This document shows positions 51,880 through 64,000 of a stretch of 64,000 nucleotides of DNA, in pieces (position 1 is the stretch's first letter; each line of letters begins with the position of its first letter). The DNA lies in the NCBI GenBank assembly GCA_013239625.1, contig MU054096.1, forward strand, positions 409,098 through 473,097. Direction: 5' to 3'. Source of the DNA: Lama guanicoe (taxonomy: Eukaryota). The translations under genes were made by a program, and so were the position numbers. Under the pieces are notes generated by a model that had not been told where the DNA came from, did no database searches, and worked only from the letters and a program-made list of their open reading frames with translations.

Positions 51880-52740
51880 GGCTGTATTGAGAGAGAATTG
51901 ACATGCAGCACTGTACGAGTTTAAGGTGTCCAGCATCATGATTTGACTTATAGACATCATGACATGTTTATCACAGTAGGTTTATGAACATCCATCATCT
52001 TGTACAGATATCATTTTAATAGCTATGTAGTGTATCTCATTGGGGTTCTCATCTGCATTTCCCTGATGACTAATGATGTTGAACATCTTTTCTTTTTTTT
52101 ATTGTACTTATTTTAATTTATCTATTTTTGTGTTATTTTGGGTGGGGTAGGGGGAGGTAATTATGTTTATTTATTTTTAATGGAGGTACTGGGGATTGAA
52201 CCCAGGACCTGCTGCATACTAAGCATGTGCTCTACCACTTGAGCTACACCCTCCTCCCTTGAACAGATTTTCTTATACTTATTTGCCATCCACATATGTG
52301 GAATGAAGTGTCCATTCAGATCATTTGCTCATTTTTAAAATTTGGGGGTTTTGTTGTTTGTTTGTTTTCTTTGTTTTTTTGTTTTTAAACTGTGGAGAGT
52401 CATTTATATATTCTGGGCACAAGTGCTTTATCAGGTATATGATCTGCCAGTATTCTCTCCCAGTCTGTAGCTCTTTCCATTTCTGTGCTGTGGCTTTCAT
52501 AGAGCAAACTGCTTTGATTTTGATAAAATCCAATTTATCAATTTTTTTCATTTCTTTACTTTGTTTTTTTTTGATTCACATTCAGACACTCTTTGCCAAA
52601 CCCAAGTTGTGCAGATTTTAGCCTATGTCTTTTCCCCCAAGAACTTTTATAGCTTTACATTTCACACTCAGTCTGTGATCATTTTTAGTTAATTTCTTAT
52701 AAGATATGAGGTATTTATTGAGGGTTTTTTGGGGAGGGTC
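51880..52740 (-). mobile_element. Older L1 fragments interrupted by a vic-1-like SINE (about 52094-52258)
   Basis: TGCATTTCCCTGATGACTAATGATGTTGAACATC; SINE TSD TTGAACATCTTTTC / TTGAACAGATTTTC. Confidence 0.8.
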
Positions 52741-53385
52741 TCGGCAACTGAAAAAAATGAAAAATTTTATTTATTAAGATAGGAGAGTATACAAGAGGAG
52801 TGCAACTTTAGGCTTTTAATTTCAGATGCCCATTTGACATCCAGCTGGAGAAACTGAGCAGGCAGCTGAGTTGGGCATTCAGGTCTGAGGTTCAAGGGGG
52901 AGATACAGGTTGGAGATAAACTTTTGAGAACATTTACTACCATTTCTTTGATGATAACGTCTCCATTTTCTCTATCTCTTTCTAAAATTCTTATTCATGG
53001 ATTTTTAACCTCTTCGACTGAGCTTTTTAATCTCCATCTTTTCCTTCATTTGTCCAGTTTCTTATCATTTCGGGGGTGGGGTTCAATTTTCTGAGAGATT
53101 CCCTTGACTTCCTCTTCTCTTCATTATTTATTTATAGTTTGTTATCATAGTTTAATTTTTCAAGTCCTTTGTCTTTGATTGCTTCCCTTTTATAATAGCT
53201 CTGGTTTTGCCAATTCAAGATTTGCCATAGTTCTCTGAGGGTATGACTTGGTATCTCTGAAGTTTCTCCTGTTACCTGAATTATTTTTCTTCAGGGTTTC
53301 TTTGAGTAAGTGAGTTTGGGGAGTTTTCTTTATACGTGTAATGATCCTTGTTTGCCAAGATTAACATTAATAAACTTTTAGAAGC

Positions 53386-53732
53386 TGTACTAGACTTAAT
53401 TGTGTTCCCCTGACCCCCAGTACCTCAGAATGTGGCAGCAATTGGAGATACAGTCTTCAAAGAGGTAATGAGGTAAAATGAGGTCATATGAGTGGGCCCT
53501 AACCCTATGTGGCTGGTGTCCTGAAGAGGAGATAAGACACCCAGAGGGAAGACCATGTGAAGACAGAGGATGAAGATAATGACCTATCTCCAAGAGAGGA
53601 GAATGATTCCAGAAGAAACCCACCCTGCTGACACCTTGATCACAGACGTCCAGAACTGTAGGGAAATGGGCTTCTGATGTTTGGGCCGCCTGTGCTGTGG
53701 TGTGTGGCTGTGACAGGCCTAGCACACTCACA
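53386..53732 (+). mobile_element. MaLR solo LTR (MLT1A/B-like)
   Basis: CCCCAGTACCTCAGAATGTG...GTGGGCCCTAACCC..CCTGCTGACACCTTGATC. Confidence 0.85.
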
Positions 53733-56700
53733 CGGGAGCCCTCAGATAGAAGGCTGTCTTCACTTTTTGGTGATGTACTAGAGAATTGGCTGTTTCATTG
53801 ATGCATATGCCTTTTCCTCACAAAACACATACACACAGTTTTCAGTGTGTAGTGGTCATTCAGTTACTCTAAAGATGACTCCTCCGACTTCCTCCTTGAG
53901 ATAGACACCTAGTTATGTGAAGGCCTGATGGGCCTGCTATTCAGAATGCAAAGTTTTCAGCTGACGTTGCCCTGGCCCCCTTTGCAATCTTGCACCTCAC
54001 TGCCACTTTCTGCTGTGTTTGCTTCTTCTGAATACAGGTCTTGCCCTTTCAATTTCGCTGGAGAACAAAATTCTGTCTGCGAGTTGTGGGGAGTGGAAGC
54101 ATTATCATTCCACCCTCTGCTTTACGTTTTCCAAAAATGTGAACCTGCATCTCAAGGAGAGGCTACCATCCTTGCCATATTATATCTTTTCCACTCCTCT
54201 GCTGCTATTTTATTGAAGGAGATAAAAGACTGTGTTCAATCTGCCATTTTGAGCTGTCTAGCCAAGTTTTGGAAAAGAAGAAAGGTAAGATTATCAAAAC
54301 ACATTTTTTTGTCTTATTAGAATTGAGAGTTGAAAAGCAAAATACATTTCTAAAGACTATTTTTAAAAATTGTTTTTATAACCAGGAGAAAGTAAAATGA
54401 GGTCTGTGAACTGGGTGAGCTGCATATTATCTCTTTGCATTTTCAGTTTCCTCACCCATCAGATAATGGAATAAGACTGAGGAACTGATCCAAGTAATTA
54501 TTAGAATTGCGTTGGATAATTCTGGGCTTATCACCCAGATCCCCAGGCCACAGGGTCAAAGATAAGGACTCCGTAAGTCTGATGAGGAAATCATGAGGCT
54601 AAATAAATAATCTCTTTTCGCTCCTGACACTTCAGCATCCTAGTGAGTCTGTGAATTTCATTTCTATTGCTTGATTTCCTTTTCAACTGCAAACTCTTTT
54701 ATGAATGACAAATACACTAAATATTTTGATAATTGTAGACCCATTTAGAGCCTTCAACTGAGCCTCAATATTGCACAAGAACAGGCCACGAATTATTAAC
54801 TAGAGGAAGCATACAGCTGATGTATTAGCTGGGAGGAACAAGGCAGGGTGTGAGGAGAGAATGATATGTGATTTGAAAAAAAAATGAAAATACATTTTTA
54901 TTTATAAAGTAAAATACCTTTTTTCATATAATAACTGAAAAATTAAATGCCATAATTTTTTTCTCGTCTGACATGATATGCGGGAAATAGAATTTATTTT
55001 CTGCACACGCAAAGCTCACTGGCCGGGGGGAAGGGGCAGTCAGGAGTGAGGGGAAAGATGTCATGAGATTTTTTTCAAGTTTATCCAAAGGGTTTAAAAA
55101 GGTTGCAAAGCACTGCAGTAGTGAGATGGATTGGTTTCTGAAGACAAGTGAGAAAAGAAAACCATGAAGTTCAACTGCCACTCTTCCAACCGAATACTGA
55201 AACCACTTGGGAAAAAGTTTTTAGTGAGGTTTACAGTCATAAGCGGCATTGATGTTTTTGAGGTTTGCTTGTGAATTGCCATCTAGCTGTACCACACGCT
55301 TCCTAGCGATGTGATTAATTGCCATATTTTGAAACTTTCAAAAGCGTTAAGTTGCTCGTTACACCAGGGTAACTCATTAAAGGGCTCTGTGTTCATTTGG
55401 ATTAGTGGATTTGTGTGTTGCAGTATGGCTTAGGGGGTAGAGAATTCAGGAGCCTGGGATGTCACTCTACTTCCACCATGCCGTGGTGGAGGACCTGGAT
55501 CAGGTTGCTGAGTGCTTTTAAGTCTTTGTGTATTGTATGTTGCATGCGAGGGTGATTGGCTCAGCTTTGTCTCCCGTGGACTGCCAAGGTTCATTGGCTG
55601 ATTGACTGGCTTGGCCACCGAGGTAAGTGTCTCCTCCTCCTTCCTTCCTTATATTGAAGATAATAATGGCGTGTAACCCAAAGCGATAGTTACTTATCAC
55701 AGTGATAAAGTTACGCAGTGATGGTGGCAGTGGTCTTCTATAGTCTACCATAAATCACTCCTCAATATAAGAGGGGGACTAACTAAGGAGACCAGGACAT
55801 TAAGTCTATTATTAAAAGCAGTCGGTCTCGAGACAAGGCAGCTGATTAGGGTCCTGGTTCTCCCAGCTCTGTGAACTTGGTCAGGACGGTTCCAGCTTTT
55901 CGAGCTTCAATTTCCTTGGTAAAATTGAGATTTTTTGAATTATTCATCATCTCATAATCAAAAAAACTGAGATTAGGAACAGCTACTTGTACACACTGTA
56001 CAAGTGTTTTCAGAACTGAAGCAGATAGCATTTTTAAGCATCAAGACTCTGCCTGGCATTTTGTCCTGAAGCTGATGGGAACCTCTACCAATTTTGAAGT
56101 AAGAGAATGATGTGATTTGATCTGGTTCGAGTCCTTGGCACTAACACAATGCCTGGCCTGGCTGGTAGGTGCTAAAGAAATAGTCCTAACTTGATTATAG
56201 AATTGACCCACTTTGATTGAATGGCATCAAAAAAGCTAATCAAGTGTGTATTGTTATAGTTCTAATTAATATGTTTTTCTCATGTTTCCTGTGACACTAA
56301 TGCATCTGATCTTTTATCTACCTCCAATGTGGGGAGTGAGGCACTGGCCTTTTCCCCAGGAAACGGGTGCCAGAGGACAGAGTAGACTTTCAAAGTGTGG
56401 TTAAGGTCATAAGGTGTGATTTTTTTTCCCAAAGAGCCTCATTCCATTTGGAAGAAGAATTCATGGTGAATCAGAGTGAGTGTCTCCTTCACAGTGATGA
56501 ACAAAGATGGCTCATCTTGAATGTTGGAGATATTCTGAGTGGATGTGATGAAAGTTGTGTCTTCTTGGGGCAACCGGTTTGGATTGAAGGTCAAGGGAAT
56601 GGGGCAAGTTTGGAGGCAGGAGGGCAGAGAAGGCATGAGCTTCCGTCCCTGGTGGTGCATGGCGGTGGGGGTGGAGCAAGCTCACTGCCCACTGCCCCCT

Positions 56701-57509
56701 GATGAGGACACCAACCGGCTGTCTTGTCTGGCATGGCCTTACAGAATTCCTTGTGTCAGAGCCTGGCACTGTGACAGCAGATGAATCTAGGACCTGGACA
56801 CACAGAGTTTTCCACAGATCAGTCTGTGCCCTAGAGAAGAATCTTTCCTACACATAGGTGTGACTCAGAGAAAAATCGGGGTCTCCATGAGGCTTTAGTG
56901 TCAGGAACAGCAGGGTAGAGCAGGGCAGGAGGGTGCAGTGCTGGCCTCCAACGACCAAAGACCAAGTCTAGAAGGGAAGCAGGATATCGGAGTGGACGAG
57001 ATTGTAGATATCACTGATGACCAGGCACTCTCTCCCAGTCCATCCGGATTCCTTGACACTGTGAGTTCCGTGAACCGACAGCCCCCAGAATTCCGATGCA
57101 GCCCTGGGGGGAAGTCAAGGAGGCTGAATTTGCACTAACTCAGATTAAATCTCTGCCACCCAGCAGCCTGGAGACTCATGATTCAAAATGGATTCAGTTG
57201 CAGAAAGACAGAAAAAAGTTCTTGACCACCTCAACTGAGATTCAAGCTCCCTCCACAAATACGATTTGGGGCCATCTTACTAGAAGTGGAGTAGGCATGA
57301 TTTTAATGACTCATTTTGTGCTGCACAGGTCAGAACACACTGAAATGATTCCATCTCGGAACCCCGTTTTCCAAAGAATATTGCCCCATTGGAGCCCGAT
57401 AAGGATGGAAAGAGAGTAACCACCATGCAAAGTGAGAAAGCACAAGGGATCTGGGTGTCTTAGCTGGGACTGAGCAGACTTCTAGTGGCCCAAGAGTTGA
57501 ATGCCAACC

Positions 57510-57740
57510 AAGGTGGAATTTCTGCTAAGCATTGTGCAGCTCTTCCTGCCTTCCAGGTGTGGTCTCAAGCACTTCACTTGAGTTAACTCTTGATTCTTAC
57601 AACCCCCAGAGCAATAGGTACTAGTATTAGCACCTGCACTTATCAGGTGAAAAACAGAGGCAGAGAGGTAATATCATTCGCCCAAGTTCAGACAGCCAGT
57701 GAATGGCAGCTGCAAATTCAGGTTTGCTCCAAGGTTCGTG
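57510..57740 (-). mobile_element. MIR
   Basis: GAAAAACAGAGGCAGAGAGGTAA..TTCGCCCAAGTTCAGACAGCCAGTGAATGGCAG. Confidence 0.65.
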
Positions 57741-60159
57741 GCCTCACGTTGCTCCCTGGCATGTTCTGAGTTGGGATGGTAACAAAGACCTTTACAGTTA
57801 GAAAGGAACACTGGTCTTGGCAACAGTGATTCTACAGACAGTGGGTTCTGCAGGTGTCCAGGGTTGCACTGAGAGACCCCAGATCCTGGTGGAGACGGGC
57901 ACTGGACGGAGCACCACTGAGGTCTCTGATTCTGAACTCCTAGGAGCTCATCATTCTCTTGACATTTCATTTCGGGGTGAAAATTGCTGAAAAGTTGGTT
58001 TGAAACAGGTATTTTCTTTCTTGTGTGGTCTGTGAGACTTGCTCTAGAAAAAACTACCATAAAAATCTAGCTCAGGTTACGTAGAGCTCATTCTATATAC
58101 ATATTCATAATCATAAGTATCCATCTGAAAAATAGCAGACATTTTAAGTGCAAATATGTTATTTATGTAGCTACAGAGCTAATTGAGGATGACTATGAAA
58201 TTATTTTCAGATTCTTCTATACTTTAAAAAAATTTTTTTTTCAGGGGCGAGGGTGATTGTATCTCCTGGTTGTTGGTTCTGTTGACTGAATCTCTAGGCG
58301 TTAGTTTTCCGTACAGTGTTTGGAGTTTTGTGTTTTTTTGTTTGTTTGTTTGTTTTGTTTTTTTAATTTTTTTGTTTTTTTTTTTTTTTTTGGAGTTTAG
58401 GTTTGAGAGCTCATCTTGGATGGTCCTCCACCCACACCTCTTCCTCTTTTCTGTCTTCATTCCTATCAGACAAACGTAGCTGAGGTTACGCTAGTGGGTC
58501 GTCTTCCATCTCAGTACGATACTGGGAATGGCACATCTGGTGGTCCATGAAGGGCTATTTCTTAGGAGCGTCAAGAGTTTACCGCACTTCTGTGATACAT
58601 TCAGAAAGCGGATGTGTGTAATGAAATGAGTCCACCCTCCAACTTATTTTAGGCGTACACTGACTTTTTCAAGTAGGCAGCCACAGGAAAATCACGAAAA
58701 GATTGGATTTGGCTTTAGACCGAATTTCATCAAAGGTGGTTTACCATTTCAGAAAATCACATTACGGACCGTCTCTATGCATAAGCTTTTGAGTTGCCAA
58801 TCCCTTGGACTCCATCTCTCTGTTTTTGGAGCTTATTCACGGTGATTGCTACATGGAGTTACAAGTATTTCACAACTTATTTACACCTTTTAGTGTGTAA
58901 ATCATTTACATATTGAAATTATACCTTTTTCTATTTACCTTTCATAGTAAAAGTAGACATAATTGACTTTTAAAATTCTAGGCATGGGTAGGTTAATTTA
59001 TTAGAAATTCCATCTGGGGTTTTACAGAGGGCACTACAAAATATTTATATAAAATGGAGGTTTGAGGATTTATAGAGGCTTCATTTTGCTTTGAGTTTCT
59101 ATAACCCCAAAAAACCTCAAAATGAAACCAAGCTAAAACCTCTAAATTTTAAAAGCAGAACTTCCTTGAATCTTGACTCAGGTTTACTAAAAGAATAGAT
59201 GACACTTCACAAAAGTTGGTAGGAGGTAAGGTTTCCGTGGAGGGCAGTGTGAAACAAATGTCAGGTTTAGGAGAAACCATGATAAAAATAAAATTTTACT
59301 TTCTCAGAACATTTGCAGAAACTTTCTGTTTTCATGACACATTGTAAAGAGAAAATTAAATAAGCAATGAGAGCTGTGACAAGACTGCTGCATTCATTGT
59401 TAGAGAATTTATGTGTTCTTTTTCCTCCTCTAATTCTCTTACCTACACGGTCTGATATCAGAGGACACATTGAGCTTCAAGATAGCTGAGAGGAGAGGAA
59501 ACAAAAAAGACGACGTCCCTTTTTAAAAAGCCAGTCGCTCTGGGCCCTGGGAGCATCTATTCAGTGGAAGTTCTTTTGCTTTTTCTCTGTTTCTGTCTTT
59601 GAAATATCTTCTCTCTCTTGATCTCCACTCTTTCAAGTTGTGCATTCTCTCTCGGAAAGAAAAAAAAATGGCCAAAAACGTCTCAGGACAGAAAGGAACC
59701 AAAATGTGTGAAGTCATCTTGCTAAATAAGAAAGTGTGTTTGAAAATTATGCTGAGTAAAATCGCATGCTAATGGTGCAGAAATAGGTACAAATAAAAGA
59801 ACAGAAGCAGAGTCTAGTTTATGAAAAATTATTGTGATACAAATTATCTCAGAAATGAGCGAAGAAAGAGTATCAAGTAAAGGGTGAGTACACAGTTAAT
59901 AAAACTGGGAGAGAAAGTTAGATTCTTACTATATATTGTGCATTAAAATAAATTTAACAGAATTTAAAAATTTGAATATAAAATATAGAAGTATATATTT
60001 TTATAAAAGAAAATATAGATAAGTAGTGCCATGATTTCAGAAAGGGAAATAACTCTATAAACAAAAATGGAATACAAAACCAATGGGGAAAATCCCAAAA
60101 GAATAGATTGACCAAATTAACTACTTTAAGGTTTGTTTTTGTTGATAGTAACAGCAATG

Positions 60160-61560
60160 CTTGTCTTTGCTAGCGCTCATGAAACGGTCTTGAGAACTTC
60201 TGAATGTGTATCTTCAGGGAGGAACAATTGCTCTTCACAGATGTGACCACTAAGAGAGTGCCATTCCCATTGAGGAAATGTTTGTATATTTTTATAATAA
60301 TTTTTTTAGGCTTCGAAGATAGGCTCTTTGTATATTTATCACGTCGGCGCCCTGCCCAGTCGAGCAAAATGTCTTCTCACAACAGAGGAGATGGGTACCA
60401 TTTTGCTTTGACTCACGAAGAAGGAACGAGTTCAACAAACAAAAGACTATGTCGACATAATGGTGTTTCCAACCCTGGAAGGCAGTTTTTACTTTCATGT
60501 GCATCAGAAAATATCTTAGAATGAAAAAGAAAAATTCCGTGGTGGTAAAACTTAGCTAAATTTTGTGTGTCATTTTCGCAGCAAACAGTATCGTAATTTG
60601 TTTATTTCCCCAAAATGATATTGCAGCATTTTCAATTTAGGTCTAACGATGCTTTCATCTGACATGGGGGACTGCACAGTAAATACCTAGTGTGTATTTA
60701 CCACTACCACCTATGATCTAATTTTAGCCTAGCATTTATTTATTGATTGTTGTGAAAATTTTATCATAAAATTTTCATTGCTGTTAAAGTGTATTGGCTA
60801 ATTAGATAAATGTAATTTTAAAATATTACACCTTCTCATAAGGTAAAGTTATTAAATGATCACATTATTGCTGCCCAGGATTTCACAGCTAACAAAACAA
60901 TATAACATGATCAGAAAAAAACAGAGAAGAAGACTCTACCAAGTAATGAAACGAAAGAAAAAGTTTTGGATCGTCGAATGCCCAGGGGAAAGGGAAAGCA
61001 ATGGTTAGTCTCAGGGGAATGTAGCAAAGACACTTCATGGACCGACATAAACTCTTTAAAGATGGCGAGAAAAACAACCGAGTAAAGGAAATGAGGACAC
61101 AGATTGGCAAATGTTATCACTCAATTGTTGTAAAACAGGAATAGAGTGAAACGCACTGCAAACATTTTATTAAATGTTTAAAATTTAAAAGCCTTGAAAA
61201 AATCCATAATTACTGATGCACCAGAAAATTAACTATTTGAAGATGAGAAAATATTAACATGTTACTAGTAAATGTAGACTATAAATAATTATGTGTTTAG
61301 CAAAACAATTTAGCATTCAGGGAAAAACCTGCAAAATTTAATGACGGTGAGAGTTTTCCTCATTTGGGAGAAACCATAGCAGAATTTGACGACGTTGTGA
61401 CTGACGCTTACACATAATACAAACATCAACAATAAATAGCAATATTGTACATGAGGTAGGGGATGAAATACAAAACCAAAAATTAAGGTTATAGTGGATG
61501 ACATGGATAAAATTATTCAATAAGGTGAGCAATGTTAATTATTATTTCAATTACTTTAGA
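60160..61560. mobile_element. Possible ancient DNA-transposon remnant (partly MER99-like)
   Basis: AT-rich with retained CpGs; minus strand GCGTCAGTCACAACGTCGTCAAATTCTGCTAT recalls MER99; family uncertain. Confidence 0.3.
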
Positions 61561-61566
61561 TACAAC

Positions 61567-61792
61567 AACTGGTGTGCTGATAAACTGTGACTCTCTTAAA
61601 AAAAGAAATTTAAAAAAACGCTGGTTTGCAGCATCTGCCAATTTCAGTGGTAACACTGAGTGGTACCTTAAATACTCTTAAGAAAGTGGTACATTAAATA
61701 TTTCTACTGATTTATTAGCTGGCTCACAAAATTCCTGCTTGTAAAACGGTAGGCTTTGCCCAGCCAGTGCAAGCTGGCCCCTACACACCACA
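61567..61792 (-). mobile_element. MER63A-like (hAT-Blackjack) MITE
   Basis: TIR-like ends TGGTGTGCTG...CACACCAC; internal GCTGGCTCACAAAATTCCTG. Confidence 0.7.
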
Positions 61793-61839
61793 AACACACA
61801 CAATGTAAGTTATGGACAACACACAACAGTAGAGGCTAG

Positions 61840-63920
61840 ATTTGTGAATGTCAAAAAGCAAGTCTTTTATTTCTACATGCAACTATGATGGACAGTTTGG
61901 TCCTGTAGGTGACATCAAGGCAAGAATGATTTTTTATATATTTAGTAGACTACTTACAAAGATAAAATCTGGAAATCTAAAATCAGGTTACAATAAGAGC
62001 ATAGATGTTCATGGAAAACATAACTGCAAAAGGTGATGTTTGAAAATGAGAAAATACCCTGTATTCCACTTTCTGAGTATTTTGAAGCCAGGAGGAAATG
62101 AGACAGCAAAAACCTCTTTAACAACCCTTAGTAGATTTTTATACTGCACAAACTACACAACTGCTCTGTAGTCTCCATGAAAGTTGAAGACTAGTCAAAA
62201 CACATTGGCCAAATTTACACTAAATACTTAACATATTTAGCCACCATTTATTTTTAATAGAAAATATGATTGGTAATGTCATATTAGTAAAAACACAAAG
62301 TAGCAGCATGTTAAAACCTCTCTTAGGATTTTTTGATGGTACTAATAAAGGTATTAATATAAAAATTCTGGATTATAAAATATAAGCCAAAGTACACTTG
62401 AAAAAAAATCAACATTTCTATGTATTTGTTTAGTACTAATTTATCCTATATGAAAACCTGTGAATGTTACAAACAAAATGTTGCAGAAACCAAGATTCAA
62501 AAGATGTAATACTCTTGGAACTTCAAAGAGATTGAGAAATTCCTTTAAAAAAAAAACTTTATCACACACACACACACACACACACAAAGAAATTTCTTTA
62601 AAAAAGAAGTTGTAAGTTTGATGAAAAATATATTATTGTTGCTCAAGGAACTGTTGTTGAAATATGACCTGTTGACATAGATATGAACCTCTCTGTTGTA
62701 GACAAAAACTAAAAACAGTGACAGAACCTTTTCCATGTGTGATGGTGACTCCTTAGGTGTTCAATATTCAGGAAACTTGACAAAATCTTCCTCAGCTTTG
62801 CATCTGATCAATGGGTGACCTTTTCAGTAATTCTTTATAATAACTCTTTAACCTGGTCACGGGGCTACAAAAACTCTCCTAACTTGGCAGTGTCTGCATC
62901 AAAAACAAACCAAGAAAAAGAAGCATCTTCAAAATTTTGTGAAATCACTCCATGTTATGTCCTATCAGCTTCAAGGCTCTGAACCAGCATAGGTCAGGAT
63001 ATTAAAAGTTGGGTGGGTTCTTTTAGAAGACAACTGTATTCACCAGAAGATCTGTTAATCCATGGTGAAAATGACATTAAAAAAAAATGGAGGCAGATAT
63101 AGGATCAGTCTCGTTTTCAATGCCTGGCACAGAAGCCCAGAAGATTGCCACCAATACCTCACTCATTCTAACTGTTGAGTCAGTGTTTGCTATTGTCAAT
63201 AGAACACGCGAACCTCAAAACCAGAGAGATCTAACAATAGCCTGAAATCACAGTGGTGTACCTCGTGACACCAAAGTCTGCAAGCTTCTTCATCAGCTGA
63301 GATAGTCTTGATTTCTCATAATCAGTAGCGACATTTCTCTTCATCAATTCCATGACTGGTTAACAATAATGTCAACAAAAATGGATGTTCTGAGAGTTTG
63401 TCACCAAATAGCCAACTTGAGCTGATCACAATCAGTCAGTTCCAAGCTGTTTACAACCTCTATGGTCGTCTGCATAGACATTGGGGAAAGTTTCCGGGGG
63501 CTTTTGGATCAAGTTTCCTGAGGGTTTTAGATCCAACTGGATACTTTCCACCAATGGTACCATCAAGGATATCTACACATGGACAACAGACTGTCTTCAA
63601 TTAGAACTTCAAGGATAGTGTCTGTCTTCTCCACAATGATTGTTCTTTCCAGCATTACAGCATCAGACGTCTCAGATTCCGAGTTCATAGACAAAGATAT
63701 TTTAAAATTCCCAATACTTAGTTTCAATCCACACACATTTGCAATACCATCACCGTTCAATAAAGCAGGCCCAATCTTTGCAAAACCAACAGAGGTCAAC
63801 TCTCAGAATATAATCCTCAAGGTTAAGTCATGGACATTTCTTGATGCAGTAAAGGCTGTCTGCCAAGTTATTTTTTGGAGACCCAAGCAGCAGGGTTGGG
63901 GTTGTGGTGGGAATCAGTGG
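61840..63920 (-). pseudogene. Unidentified decayed mRNA-like segment (about 1.15 kb coding-like plus about 0.9 kb AU-rich 3' UTR-like)
   Basis: No recognisable TE or intron inside; coding-like composition at about 62750-63920 with stops in all frames; minus-strand AATAAA at 61866-61871. Confidence 0.45.
62563..62586. repeat. (CA)n microsatellite
   Basis: About 12 CA units. Confidence 0.95.
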
Positions 63921-63922
63921 TA

Positions 63923-64000
63923 CAGCTGACCCTAGCACATTCTGCGGGGTAAGAGCAGGGAGTGGGTAAGGGCGCCTACCTTCCATGCAGTTGAAAGTCT
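63923..64000 (+). mobile_element. Tigger2-like element start, running off the window
   Basis: TA|CAGCTGACCCT...GGGCGCC.ACC..CATGCAGTTGAAA, similar to the element at 34.1 kb. Confidence 0.6.

Noticed and set aside
521..52258. Nine tRNA-Ala(AGC)-like sequences as tRNA genes
   Set aside because: All have stem-breaking changes, a shared non-tRNA tail, A-rich ends and often TSDs, so they are SINEs.
62870..62930. SFSWFVFDADTAKLGEF as a SET/NAP1-family C-terminus
   Set aside because: The diagnostic following WPNPLQYY and acidic tail are absent.
63260..63290. KLADFGVTR on the minus strand as a protein kinase motif
   Set aside because: No upstream HRD/HxDxKxxN and no downstream APE motif in any frame; probably chance.
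1..64000. CRISPR arrays, operons or other prokaryotic or phage systems; intact ERV gag/pol/env
   Set aside because: The repeat landscape is mammalian, there is no regular repeat-spacer array, and all LTRs appear solo with no internal ORFs.

Overview
Mammalian, almost certainly camelid (alpaca, llama or camel), genomic DNA. The assignment rests on nine copies of a tRNA-Ala(AGC)-derived SINE matching the camelid vic-1 family. The window is repeat-rich and looks intergenic or intronic; I can recognise no intact protein-coding gene, and the ORF track is mostly chance ORFs or repeat-derived. It holds about 14 short L1 3' ends (many with TSDs), older L1/L2/MIR remnants, solo LTRs (MER41-like, MER21-like, LTR16, MLT1/MLT2) and DNA-transposon fossils (MER53, MER20, MER58A, MER63, MER104, Tigger2-like). 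The best leads are: two decayed minus-strand coding-like segments (36.4-37.0 kb, with a weak by-eye resemblance to a bMERB domain; 61.8-63.9 kb, mRNA-like and unidentified), a 231-bp local duplication at an L1 junction, a MER41-like LTR with STAT motifs, and two IRF/ETS motif clusters. I found no convincing new biological system. Repeat family names come from remembered consensus sequences and need RepeatMasker/Dfam confirmation; boundaries without TSDs are approximate.
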